A stretch of 64,000 nucleotides of DNA from Azolla caroliniana (lineage: Eukaryota; Plantae; Polypodiophyta). How positions within the stretch are numbered: the first letter of the stretch is position 1; every line of letters starts with the position of its first letter. The notes beneath the pieces are model-generated. The model made no database searches. It was given only the letters and a program-made list of their open reading frames with translations, and was not told where the DNA came from. The stretch covers positions 11,842,001-11,906,000 of the forward strand of contig JBHGNT010000004.1 in NCBI GenBank assembly GCA_043228905.1, written 5' to 3'. Made by a program: the position numbers and the translations under genes. Shown here piece by piece: positions 26,400 through 38,548 of this stretch.

Positions 26400-27400
26400 A
26401 TTTTTTGCTTGATTAAATATTGTAGTAAGCCTCCTAGGATTATTTGCGAATGCTTGTAAATTTGTAATTGTCTTATAATAAGTTAGGTCTATTTGGATAA
26501 GATTGCCATTAGTTCTCATGTGATTTGTGATCATGCGAGGATTGCCATGGTCCTTCTAGCTCGAGAATTAGATAAATGAGCATGATATGCAGTTTAAATT
26601 GTGTAAATTCACAAGAGATAGCAGTCACTTCCATTCACTTGGTTGTTTACCATGCAATCATCTATGAAACGTGATGAGATTTTTGGCTTGTGAATTTGAG
26701 CTTTAATGAAGAAATTACAAGCAAAAAAGTTAGAAATGGCAAGAGTTGAACTTGTAGCACCCAATCCTGAAAAAATCGGTGTCCCACCAACTAGGTGACA
26801 TTCACACTTCAAAGGGTGAAGAGAGAACAAGGGGAAAGTTATTTGAGCAAAGGAGACGAAGGCAAAGTGTTTGACTTATATTGGATGCTTGTAAGTGCGC
26901 AACCATACAAGACCATTGGACATTGGGAATTTATTCAATTATCAAAGGGGTGAAGTTTCCAAGCCCCAACTCTTAGCCATGTGGCAACCTCTGGATTCAA
27001 CACTAGACCCGAACTCAATAGCAACCCTCAACTTTACCACAACTCTTGCGCCAACTATAATGAGAATTGAGCTTGCAATCCAAGACATTTTGTAGAACTT
27101 TGGTTCCCATACCTTGACTTCGTGGAGTCTTCGAGCACCTAAAATGTATCGGTTTGGTTTCAACTTAAAGTTGATGCAAGAACTTGAATCTCATGGGGGA
27201 AATTTGAGGGACAAATGAATTCGAGAGCATTAGCTTGAAAGAATGTGGATCCCCCAGGAGTCATGGGTTGGCCACTATTGCAACCTGACATTGTTGTTAT
27301 CCTAAAGGTAAGGGGTATTGATGGTGTTAACATAGTTGGGTGTTTGTCAAACCCCTTTGGTTGGACATGAGAGAACCAAGTGTCGAGGTGCACAACAATT
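26400..27400 (+). mobile_element. Possible highly degenerate hAT-like transposase remnant
   Basis: Only isolated motif-like stretches (PTR*HS resembling TRWNS at about 26785; STLDP at about 27000). No long ORF or TIRs found. Confidence 0.25.
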
Positions 27401-27807
27401 GAGACATAAAGGATTATCTCATTGATGTTGACATTGGGCTTTGGTTAGAGGTTGGAACTAGAACTAGTCAATCTCCATTGGAATACTAGAATCAATGGGA
27501 AAAGAAGAATAAGAGGATTTAGACGAAGTATCTAACCTTAGTGGATGACTACAATGGGTCGAAGATCTATATCAATGTTGTGTATGTGCATTTTGTGTAA
27601 GTTATGTGTTAATGTGTATTTATATGTGTAAATATATGATTGTTAATGGAAATATATGCACGATCTTCTTGGTGGAATTCCAAAATATTAAAGTTTGTTG
27701 TTGATTTGTATATGTTATTCGGATTTAAGGATTGTGTGCATGGATTATTACCATACGTCCGACCACACCTTTGGATTGTATTCCGGTATGGAGTACTTAT
27801 GTGTTTA

Positions 27808-28186
27808 TGACTAAGATCTAGTCTAGGATAAACATGGCTCAATTGAACAACAAAGAAAGAATAGTAGATAAACACGGAGATACCGTAAGCAGGAGTGGGA
27901 GAGATAGAGAGAGTAGAAGGCAAAAAATCTTAAGTCATAATAACAATACTCTGTACATGAGAATGTGCTCAGAGAGCAATCTTTATACAAGCCCTGACAG
28001 TGGGCTGACACAAGTACTGACACGTACTTGAACGCTCATAAAGAGCCAATGAGACTAACTCCTAAAATATTCCTATTACTATGAATATGAATTTCGGCCC
28101 TAACGGCCTACCGGTTTCTCCAGCTGATCCGGACTAACCGATCGGTCTTCATTCGATCCTGCCCATGTTGAGCTTGTTTCTCAACA
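27808..28186 (-). mobile_element. LTR-like fragment (possible solo LTR)
   Basis: The minus strand begins TGTTGAG and has a TATA-like TGTATAAAG and a CT-rich tract. No matching TSD found, and the left boundary is uncertain. Confidence 0.3.
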
Positions 28187-28301
28187 CTAATAGGCCTGTA
28201 TTTCTATGCTAGACCATTGAGACAGATCTGCACCATCTCTTCTTTGTATACCAAAACGTTGATGGATCCCAACGAATCACATATTTGTTTGATCTTGGTG
28301 G

Positions 28302-28617
28302 TGTAGTTAGTGACCGGCATACCTCTTCGCATAAGATAAAACATTCAAGCACAAAAGACGAAAAGTAAACAAATCTTCCAATTATATTATATCACTTGCA
28401 CATGAAAACTATACAATTCAGACTCCTTAAATAGGTAGCCAATTTGGATACAAAACGGTGTCCCTCCGGATCGATACATCCTTACGGGTTCGACACCCCT
28501 TAGCATAATATCTCTTCATATCTACTAATTATCCAAATTATCCGATATTCAGATTCACATTCTTTCCGGACTGTCTTCCAGATCTCCAATCCTACGACTC
28601 TACTTCTCTGGGCAACA
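28302..28617 (-). repeat. 3' LTR of F (316 bp)
   Basis: Minus strand TGTTGCC..CTACA. The adjacent internal sequence is homologous to the sequence before E's 3' LTR. CCTATTTAAG TATA-like motif as in E. Confidence 0.75.
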
Positions 28618-31164
28618 ATTGGCATGCCTATGGGATAGTGCTTTGCACGTCATACCCACATGCCCCTAGCTATCCTTCAATATATCCAGAATAATCGGCT
28701 CTATCGGATTTAACCGTTTGTCCTCCTCTTCTTCTAGCTTAGTTTATGCCTGTTGTTGTGGTGGATTTCCCCAAGCAACTGTTCGTGGTGGTTCCTCATC
28801 CTCGGCCCTTTGTTGCAGCAACTCTTGCTCCACCGGCTACTCCGCCCGTTTCTCCAGTTGTTCTCCTCCGTGAGTGTTTATTCCAGCCCATCCACTAGTC
28901 GCTCCTCATCACTAATAGTTATCCATTTGGTTTGGTTGTCCATTATCTGTTGTTCGGCCAGTTGTGAAGGATATGGCATTCGATATGTATGCATAAGTAT
29001 GTGAGGACCTGTAGGTTATGTGCATAGCAAGTCAACACAGAGAATACGACTAAGAGATAGATGAAAGGTAGACATAGTTCGAAGCTCTAATGGAAGCTCT
29101 CATTATTCTGTAACTCTTACACTTGCAGAGACTCAAGATACAAGAGAAAATGTTAGGGTTGAGCTTATATACTCAAGCCCTATCTAAAGGACACGTTCTC
29201 ACTTAGGATACAAAGTGGAAGGAGTCGGCCTTTTATGCCAACAAACTCCCTCGTAAAAGGACTACTCTTTCTACATACAATATTAAGGGATTATCTCCCC
29301 CGTAACCCTAGATTACAATTTAACTTAAGGTTATAGTTACACGTCAGTCGGCATATGGCTGAGTCGGCAAAGGTAAAGTTGGTATCTAGCCTAATTCAAC
29401 TAGTCATCCGAGTCGGCTTGTCTGAGTCAGTCGGAACAACAGGTTCAAATCGAACTGTGTCTGATTCGACGTGTTCTCTTGCCTCCTACTAGTGCTTGCT
29501 CATGTGCTCCTCGCCAGATCCTCGATTTCTCTTCAGGTTTGTTCGCCGTTTGATCGTTACGTCTCCAGTCGGTGTCCTCGCTCAATGCTGCGTCTTTAGC
29601 CACCGAACTAGGTATTCCGATTCTTTTGACTTTGCCTTGTCGGCTCGTTTGATCGGTGGTCTTTGAACTATCTTCTCCTGCTCGTTTGGCACTATTCTGC
29701 TTGGTCTCTTGTCGTAGTCCCATCTTCATCCTTAGTGCTCTGAAGCGATGTTCTGGGAGTGGCTTTGTTAGGCAATCAATGATGTTCACCTCGATGTCAA
29801 TCTTCTGGACTTCGAGCTTCTTCTCTGTTATTAGCTCCCGGATGTGATGATACCGCACCTCAATATGCTATGTCTTTGCATGATAGACATGATTATTGAT
29901 GAGGTGTATTGCACTCTATGAGTCATAGTAGATGGTTGGCGCTGGTCGGTCGATTTGGTTTGTTGCCGAGAAGTCGGTAGTTAGTTGGTGCAACCAGATC
30001 GCTTCTTTTGTTGCCTCTGATGCTGCTATGTACTCGGCCTTGGTGGTTTATGGTTTAGGTAAAGATGGGCGGCGATGTTCCTAACTCGGCGCATGTAGTC
30101 GACTACAGAGCCATCAACCTCCCCCATTCTCACCTTCCCCCATGGTTCTCCAACCCTCTTATGTATACTGAGGCCCTCGAGGCCTCTCATCCCTCCTCCT
30201 TTCCCCCTAAATTTTCTTTCCCTCCTACTACAATAGGGCAGCATAACCCATCCCTCTTTCCTTATTCATGGCCACCACACCCACACCCCTTTCACTCTCA
30301 AAACCCTCCCACATTTTCTACAAATTCCTTGTATACCCCTCCGTTACTTCCTAATATTCCCCAACCTAACCCCCTTCCCCCTTTTTGTAATGACCCCCAC
30401 CCATATTTTCCCCCCAACACTTTGTATAATTCTGGTCTTACCCTCCCCCTATTTCTAACACAACCCCCTCCCCCCCTAATATCTTCACACACTCCCTCTC
30501 CTTTCTTAATAATTCCACACATGCACCCCCCCCTCCCCTTATTCTCACATAATTTGAAAAATAACCCCTCCCCTTTTTCCTAATTCTAACTCGTTTGCAT
30601 CATGCATCATCATGACACTCACATCATGCGTCGAAAAGATCATGACACTCACATTATGACTCAAAAAGATTTGAACCCACGACCTTGTTGTACACATGTC
30701 AAATCCTTAACCATTGTATTAATATTCTTATATGTATAGTCTCTAGAATATGAAATCTAATATCATAGGAATATTCTATATTACTCTACATTCTAGAATG
30801 ACCTAGAATATTCTAGAGTGTTCTATACCACTAGAACCTTCTAGAATACTCTAGAGATCTTCTAGATTACTCTACATTCTAGGATAACCTAGAATATTCT
30901 AGAGTGTTCTCTATTACTTATAAATAGGGATCTACCACCCATCCCAAACCTAAATTGGTTCAACGCCACTTTGTAGCCTACTCTTTGTAATCTATTTTAC
31001 GCTTCAATATAATAATTCTCTTTCAATTATCTTTCTATCTCTTTTTCTCTCTCTTTCTCTCTCTCAGTCTTGACAGTTTGAACCAATTTTCTTTCCTTTC
31101 ATCTCTTTGTCTTCCACAAACCCTAACAAGTTCTCTTCTTCCTTCTCCTCTCCCCTCGTAAGCT

Positions 31165-32289
31165 ATGGAATCCGTGAGCAAACAAGAATACATGCGTGTT
31201 CTTTCTGAGCTCGACATGCTCGCGAATAAATTTGTGGCATTAGAGCATGAGAATCAAAGGCTACTTGGAGATCTACAACACATGAGCGCCGAAAAAGCTC
31301 AACAATATGAAGAGTTATCACAGCGGGTTCATCAACTCGAGGCAACTATATTGTCATTACGAGAGCAAGCGTCGGGGGCTCAGAACTCCCCTAGAGAGCC
31401 AAAGATCAGCCTCCCTTCCAAGTTTGATGGTACGAGGTCTTTATTTCGAGGCTTTTTGAATCAAGTTCGTCTAGTTATTCAACTACATCCCAATCGGTAT
31501 CCAACTGATGCTGCTTGTGTGGGATTAGTGGGAACTTTGCTATGTGGTACGACGTTAGCATGGTTCGCACCACTTCTCGAGAAGAAATCACCATTGCTGG
31601 AGGATTTCGAGGCATTTGTTAAAGAGTTTCAAGCTAGTTTCGGAGACACCGACAGCACTAGGACAATGATAAACAAGATTCGAAGGCTCCGACAAGGAGA
31701 TCGTCCCGTGTCGGCTTATGCAGCCGATTTCCGTCTCTTGGCATGTGATATCCCTTGGGATGAGGCGGCCTTAATAGATCAATTCCGTCAAGGTTTGAGA
31801 AATGATGTCAAAGATCTTCTTCTTACTTTCCCTGAAGATCCGAAGTCACTTACAGAAGCCATTAGTTGAGCCGTGCGATGTGATAATCGCCTATTTGAGC
31901 GACGTTCTGAGCGCCAACAAATGTTACACCGCCAACCTGAGCAGACTTATGCTTCCGTAGTCGCAACGCCTCCACAAGTTTCTAGACCCATTACAAGGGA
32001 TGGCCCAACTCCGATGGAAATAGAGTCCACACAACGTCGTGGGCCGTTATCAGATGCTGAGAAGCATCGATGTCGAGCGCATCGCCTCTGCCTGTATCAT
32101 GGCAGTCCAGGACATATAGCTGTAAATTGTCCACATAAACCTAGGCGTCAAGTATACCAAGTAAGTGCCCATGAAAACCCTACATCAAGTTCTATTGTTA
32201 CTTCTAATAACATAAATAAGCCTCATAGTCCATGCCATGAGAATAGATTCAATGTCCTGAGTCAATTAGAGGATGTGTTAAACGAGTAA
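31165..32289 (+). pseudogene. C gag (coiled coil, capsid, zinc knuckle), with one internal stop
   Basis: ORFs 31165-31869 and 31873-32289 are in the same frame. PTPMEIE motif and CLYHGSPGHIAVNC knuckle. Confidence 0.9.
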
Positions 32290-35200
32290 GTCCGGCCAAA
32301 ATAGGAGCCATTTGGCTGGACCATCCTAGCTATGTAGAGTTAGTTCCTAGTCGTGGTTCCATTTCATCAAATCAAGTGAGTCGAGTTTTTTCAGCACAAG
32401 TCGAGCTTACCACATCTACATGTCATCGAGTCCTAGCCTCTGCCCTTCTAGATTCTGGAGCCAACTCTTGTTTCATGGATCATGAATTTGCCTTGTCACA
32501 AAACATCCTCTTGAATAAGCTTCCCAGCCCAGTAGCCGTAGGAGTCATTGATGGACGTCCCATAGCATCAGGAGATATAGTCGAGGAGTCCGAGCCAATT
32601 AGGATAGTTCTTGGCAATTTGGCAAGCATAATCTCTTTCAACATTATTCGTAGTTCGGAACTCCATAACCCGAAGATTGATTGGATGAAAAGAACAATTG
32701 AGGAGACTCGGGAAAAAAGCACAAACCCCACATCCCTCTCTCCTACATGTGATAATAGATCCCCGGAGTTATCGCCCATCTCTTTACGACAGTTGCGGGA
32801 GGAAGGGGGGAACGAGGCCATGTTCGTCTTCGCAATAATAGCAACTCCATCATCCACTTCACGTGAAGCGGACATTAAACTACCAGAGAAATACAAGGAG
32901 TTTTCAGATGTCTTTGATAAGGTGAAGGCCAATACATTGCCGGAGCATCGGCCATACGACTGCCCTATTGACTTACAACCAGGGAAAGAAACTCCATGGG
33001 GCCCAATTTATAATCTCTCCCCTGTAGAGCTAGAGACTTTGCGGGAATATATTGATGAGAATCTAGCAAACGGATTCATTCGGCATTCTAGATCCCCTGC
33101 TGGTGCACCTATCTTCTTCATTAAGAAGAAGAATGGGACTCTTCAGTTGGTCGTGGATTATCGACGGCTAAACAAATTGACTATCCGGAATAGATATGCT
33201 CTACCATTAATCCCGAATCTTTTGGAACGTCTCAGTGGTGCAAAATAATCTAGTTCGGATTTGCGGAGCATATAATCTAGTTCGGATTCGCCCGGGGGAT
33301 GAATGGAAGACAACTTTCCGCACTCGCTATGGACATTTTGAGTATACAGTGATGTCATTCGGTCTCACGAATGCACCTGCTGTTTTCCAACATATGGCGA
33401 ACGATATTTTTCGAGATTTTCTTGATATCTTCACTATAGTTTACCTAGATGATATTTTAATCTACTCAAAGACCCAAGAGGAGCATGACGAACATGTTCG
33501 TCAGGTACTGTGTCGATTCCGAGAACATGGTCTCTACGCAAAATTAGAAAAGTGTAGTTTCGGCCAGAATCAAGTGGAATTTTTGGGGTATGTTGTATCG
33601 TCAAATGGTATTGCTATGGACCCCATGAAGGTACAAGCAATTTTAGAGTGGCAAACGCCCTTTCAGTGCATGATGTGCAATGTTTTCTCAGGTTTGCAAA
33701 TTTTTATCGAAAATTTATTAAAGATTATTCCAAGGTTGTGCTTCCGCTTACTCAGCTCACACATAAAGATGAACCATTTATATGGAGTTCAGATGCAACC
33801 GAGGCATTTGAAAGCTTAAAACGAGCATTTACAACGGCACCTATCTTAGCACATGTCGACCCAACAAAACGCTTCATCCTCGAAGCCGATGCATCCGATT
33901 TTGCACTAGGGAGTGTCCTCTCGCAGACTGGAGATGGTGGACAACTACACCCTGTCGCCTTTCATTCACGAAAGTTTGAAGCTGCAGAGATCAACTACGA
34001 GATCCATGACAAAGAGCTTCTTGCAATCGTGGATTCGTTTCAACAATGGCGACATTTCCTAGAAGGTTCTTCTCAACAGATCATTGTCTACAATGATCAT
34101 AAGCACCTGACTTGTTTCCAAAATGCTCGAGTCTTGAGTCGGCGACAAGCCCGGTGGGCGCAATTTTTCACTCACTTTGACTTTATCATCATATATCGCC
34201 CTGGGATGCAGCAAGGCAAAGCAGATGCTCTTTCTCAACGCTCTTATATGGAACTTCGTTCAGGGGAACCTGCATTTGAGCATCAAAAACAAATCCTTTT
34301 GGGTCCAAATCGATTACAATTAATGGTAGTTAACGCCATAACAACTCTTGAAAATTCCACTCTTCTTGATTCCATTCGAGATCATATGGCCATTGATGAG
34401 TTCGCCAAGGATTTTTTGGATCATATCGTCCCGAATCGTGCTTCTTGCAGTTTCAAAAGGTTTTGGTGCAATTCTCACAGTGGTTGATCGATTTACCAAA
34501 ATGGCACATTTCTTGCCATGTACCAAGTCGATTACTAGTCAAGAGGCGGTTGATCTCGTTATGCGGGAGGTATTTAAGCATCATGGTCTACCGAATGATA
34601 TTATTAGTGATCGTGGTCCACAATTCATCTCAAAGTTTTGGAAGCACCTGTTCAAACTTCTCCACATTTCAGTTAAGCTTTCTTCGGGCTATCATCCTGA
34701 AACAAATGGCCAAACAGAGCGTACCAACCAGACATTGGAACAATATCTTCGTTGTTTCATCAACTATCAACAAGATGATTGGGTTGATTTTTTGCACTTG
34801 GCGGAATTCGCTTACAACAACTCAGCCCATTCTTCTACAGGATATTCCCCATTTTTCGCAAATATGGGTTGTCATCCTCGGTGGACGATGAATGCGCATC
34901 CAGAAGTTCCTACCAACCCTGCTGCCGAGGATCGTCTTAGTCGCCTCCAAGAAATTCAAGCTAACATTCTCCACAATTTGCACGATGCTCAATTTACACA
35001 CAAGAGGCTTGCCGATCGTCATCGTCTAGACTCCTTAAAAAAGTTCCGCATTGGGGATCATGTATGGCTTCTCCAACACAACATCAAGACCACTCGACCT
35101 TGCAGTAAATTGGATTACCAACGTTTTGGCCCTTACATGATCACTGGTAAGATAAGTGATGTTGCATTTCGTCTTGACCTCCCTCCGCACATGCATCTTC

Positions 35201-35500
35201 ATCCGGTGTGTCATGTATCCCTTTTGGAACCTTATACTACAAGTTCAATTCCAGGCCGTCTTACGACACCCCCACCACCTGTCGAGTTCTTGGACGGGCC
35301 TGAATTTGAAGTTGCTGTCGTTCTCGATTCTAAAATCGTGCGCAACAAGTTTACTTAGTCGATTGGCTAGGCTATACTCCCAATGATCGAACTTGGGAAC
35401 TTGGCTAGGCAAATCTTTCCAATGCTGCAGAACTCGTCCATGCATTTCATCGCCAATATCCTTGTAAACCAGGTCCTAATACAAACCCTACGACCCGTGA
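32277..35500 (+). pseudogene. C pol (PR-RT-RH-IN-chromodomain), frameshifted
   Basis: ORFs 32376-33248, 33235-33819, 33648-34487 and 34348-35358. Confidence 0.9.
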
Positions 35501-36732
35501 GACAGGTCGTCAAAGAAGGGGGATAGTGTCATGATAACACTCACATCATGCATCGAAAGGATCATGACACTCACATTATGACTCGAAAGGATTTGAACCC
35601 ACGACCTTGTTGTACACATGTCAAATCCTTAACCATTGTATTAATATTCTTATATGTATAGTCTCTAGAATATGAAATCTAATATCATAGGAATATTCTA
35701 TATTACTCTACATTCTAGAATGACCTAGAATATTCTAGAGTGTTCTATACCACTAGAACCTTCTAGAATACTCTAGAGATCTTCTAGATTACTCTACATT
35801 CTAGGATAACCTAGAATATTCTAGAGTGTTCTCTATTAATTATAAATAGGGATCTACCACCCATCCCAAACCTAAATTGGTTCAACGCCACTTTGTAGCC
35901 TACTCTTTGTAATCCATTTTACGCTTCAATATAATAATTCTCTTTCAATTATCTTTCTATCTCTTTTTCTCTCTTTTTCTCTCTCTCAGTCTTGACACAG
36001 ACAACACTCGGCTGAAGGTGTTGATGTGGGAGGTGGCTGGATCGGTTTCTCTCATCTTCAGGTTGAACAGTTGTCCGATCAATATCAATTTTGAAGATGC
36101 GGACTTCTTTTCGTACATAGCCTGCAGTTTCTCCCATTACGAGAATGTTGTCGTCCTTGGCCATATTGAAGTAGAAGTTTTCAACTAGATGCATTCGGAT
36201 GATGGAGTGCGAGATTTCGTCCATGGATCTCCACTCCTCGACTGTCATCGAAGAAGGTTTTTCACTGTGTCGAATGGCTTTGAACCGTCTTCTAATGATC
36301 AACGCATCCTGCATCATCTCCTTCCACAAGGCAAAGTTTTTTCCATTGAGCTTTCGGATTTCAACTCTTGTACCGAATGTTGAAGCCATGTTCTTTTTGA
36401 AAGTGAGATTTTTACTAACCTTGTATTTTCTTTCAACTTTCTTTGCTGTTTTGTTGCCGTTGAACAACAAGTCACTTTGATACCAATTGAAGGATATGGC
36501 ATTCGATATGTATGTGGAAGTATGTGAGGACCAGTAGGTTATGTCAACAACAAGTCACCACAAAGAATATGACAGAAGAGATAGATGAAATGTAGACACA
36601 GTTCGAAGCTCTAATGGAAGCTCTCGTTATTCTGTAACTCTTACACTCATAGAGGCTCAAGATACAAGAGAAAAGGTATCTGTTACAATGTTAGGGTTGA
36701 GCTTATATACTAAAGCCCTAGCTCAAGGACGC

Positions 36733-37581
36733 CGCCGTGAGGATTTTCGGCAATGGTAAGAAAACCGAGTGGAGCGAATAAAACGAGGATGTGCAACGTT
36801 GCACATGCACTTAGGGAATATGTAAATAAGAATAAGAAAACAAATGTAAAGGGAAAGGTGGAATGTAAGGTGCTAAAGTACACCACAAAGTTCATGAAAC
36901 GTAAATGTGATGAGCACTTAGGTGCACATGCAAATGTAGAAAAGCGGAGTGCATGGAAGTAAGAGTGTAATAAGTAGTAGGCATGGTGATGTGTGTGTGA
37001 AAATGAGAGGACAAGGAGTTAAGGCCCCATCAATCTCTCCTCCTAATATCAAGGCAAATATTCCCCTTTGAAAAGAGTGGAATATTTGGCCTCTCTTTTG
37101 GTAATAAGCTCACCCTTCTTCCACTATAAAACGGGGTGAGGAGTCACCATTGAAAGGGTCACAATTTTGTCGTTAGAGGTAGGCCTATTAAGGTTTTCTT
37201 CTTCATCTTATCCCTATTTTGTTTTAGGATTTTGGTTTTAAGTTCCCTTTCATATCGTTTTCCTTTCTCTCGATTGGGGTTTAGGTCTTCTTCCTATTCG
37301 GTTAGGTTTTCTTGTTGTGCTTGAGTTTGGCCTATATGGCCGCGGTTGTAATCATATTGTGGCTTGTCTTTATCTAGCTCTTTATCTTTCTAATCTTTGC
37401 ACATTGTTTGATGAACCTTGTCTCGATCTAGCTCTTTATCTTTCTAATATTCGCACATTGTTCCTCCTCTTTTGTGCTCGGAGGCTCGATTAAGCTCCCA
37501 TTTTCCCCCTTCTTTTACTCCCTAGTCCAATACCCTCGTGATCCTGCCCAAGTCGACATGCACGCGCAGATTTCCGCGACA
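36733..37581 (+). mobile_element. Solo LTR of the A/D-type family inserted in the 5' LTR of copia H (849 bp)
   Basis: Start CGCCGTGAGGATTTTCGGCAAT resembles D's TGTCGTGAAGATTTTCGGCAAT. End TTTCCGCGACA. 4-bp TSD ACGC (36729-36732 / 37582-37585). Confidence 0.87.
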
Positions 37582-38220
37582 ACGCGTTTACACTTGGGAT
37601 ACAAAGTGGAAGGAGTCGACCTTTTATGCCAACAAGTTGAACTCTTTCCCGCTCATAAGCTCCCAAGTCCAGTGTCAACTGTGGCTGATCTTATGGACTA
37701 CGACGTAAAAGCAAGTTAATCCATCAATGACTTTGTTAATAAAATGTCCTCGATCACTAATTAGCTCAATCGGATAGCCATATCGACACCATATGTACTC
37801 ATAGAGAAACTTTGTTGTTGACACCGCCGAATTAACCCATAGTGCATTCGCCTTGACCCATTTGGTGCAATAATATGTGGTCACTAGGATATAGCGATTT
37901 TTAGTTCGTACCGTTGTTGGCTTGAAAAGCCCGACAAAATCTATTCCCCATTTTTGAAATCGCTCCAATGGTAATATCGGCTGATGTGGCATCCTTCCCT
38001 GTTCCATGGGTTGGCCCATCCACTGGTATTGGTCAATATTCTTGAGAGGTTGTTGGCACAAGGTGGTTTAGCCACCATAGTTCGTTGCACCAAATTTTCC
38101 GTGCCGTTGCGTCTCCTACAAAGTGGCCGACGGCTACTCCACAATGAGACTCTCGTAACACTACAACTTTCTCGTCACTTTGGATTGCCTTTCACCAAAT
38201 TTTGTCGGTTCCTTTGTGGT

Positions 38221-38548
38221 TCAATTAAAGTTTCATAAAGTTTTTTAATGATTTAATTAATTTGACTTAAATATTTATTTAATTTAATGGTTCAATTAAA
38301 GTTTCTTTTATCGATTTAATAAATTTAACTTAATGCTTATTTAATTTAATGTATTTTTGTATATTTAAATATTTAATTAATTTGACTTAAATGGTTAGGT
38401 TTAAATTATTTATTAAATGGATTGGTTTGGTTTCAACTTTTCCCTAAACCCTTTGGTTCGGTTTGGTTTCGTTTTTGTTTTATATAAACGATTTGGTTTC
38501 TTTGCCTTGAAACCGAACCGAACCAAAACCGAACTGTGCTCATTGATA
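38221..38548. mobile_element. AT-rich MITE-like fragment interrupting F pol
   Basis: Internal ATTTAATTAATTTGACTTAAAT repeats and GGTTCGGTTTGGTT / AAACCGAACCGAACC motifs. F's frame (QD..YH|KGTDKIW) flanks it. Only one end looks terminal. Confidence 0.5.

Larger units (their letters stand above)
30605..35997 (+). mobile_element. Chromovirus (Tf1/Tcn1-like) 'C'
   Basis: 471-bp LTRs 30605-31075 and 35527-35997 (about 98% identical). PPT AAAGAAGGGGGA. Gag, PR (LLDSGA), RT (YLDD), RH, IN (N-terminal part deleted at about 34450), chromodomain. No matching TSD. Confidence 0.94.
28965..37634 (-). mobile_element. Ty1/copia element 'H', internally deleted, containing chromovirus C and a solo LTR
   Basis: LTRs 28965-29243 and 36488-37634 (the latter interrupted). 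TSD AGTTG (28960-28964 / 37635-37639). tRNA-iMet PBS on the minus strand (TGGTATCAAAG, about 36475-36485). Gag (KLNGKNFALWK) at 36000-36390. RNase H (AEYIAASEATKEAIW, RYHHIRE, DCLTKPL) at 29740-30045. Confidence 0.92.

Noticed and set aside
28721-28735. Purine run on F's coding strand as its PPT
   Set aside because: About 100 nt from the LTR, within the Glu-rich extra-ORF tail, and not conserved in E.
30065-30583. Pro-rich 172-aa ORF as a gene
   Set aside because: A by-product of C-rich low-complexity sequence, with no domain or splice support.
36975-37030. A sixth tRNA-like module in solo LTR 36733-37581
   Set aside because: Similar position, but the A/B boxes are too degenerate to count.
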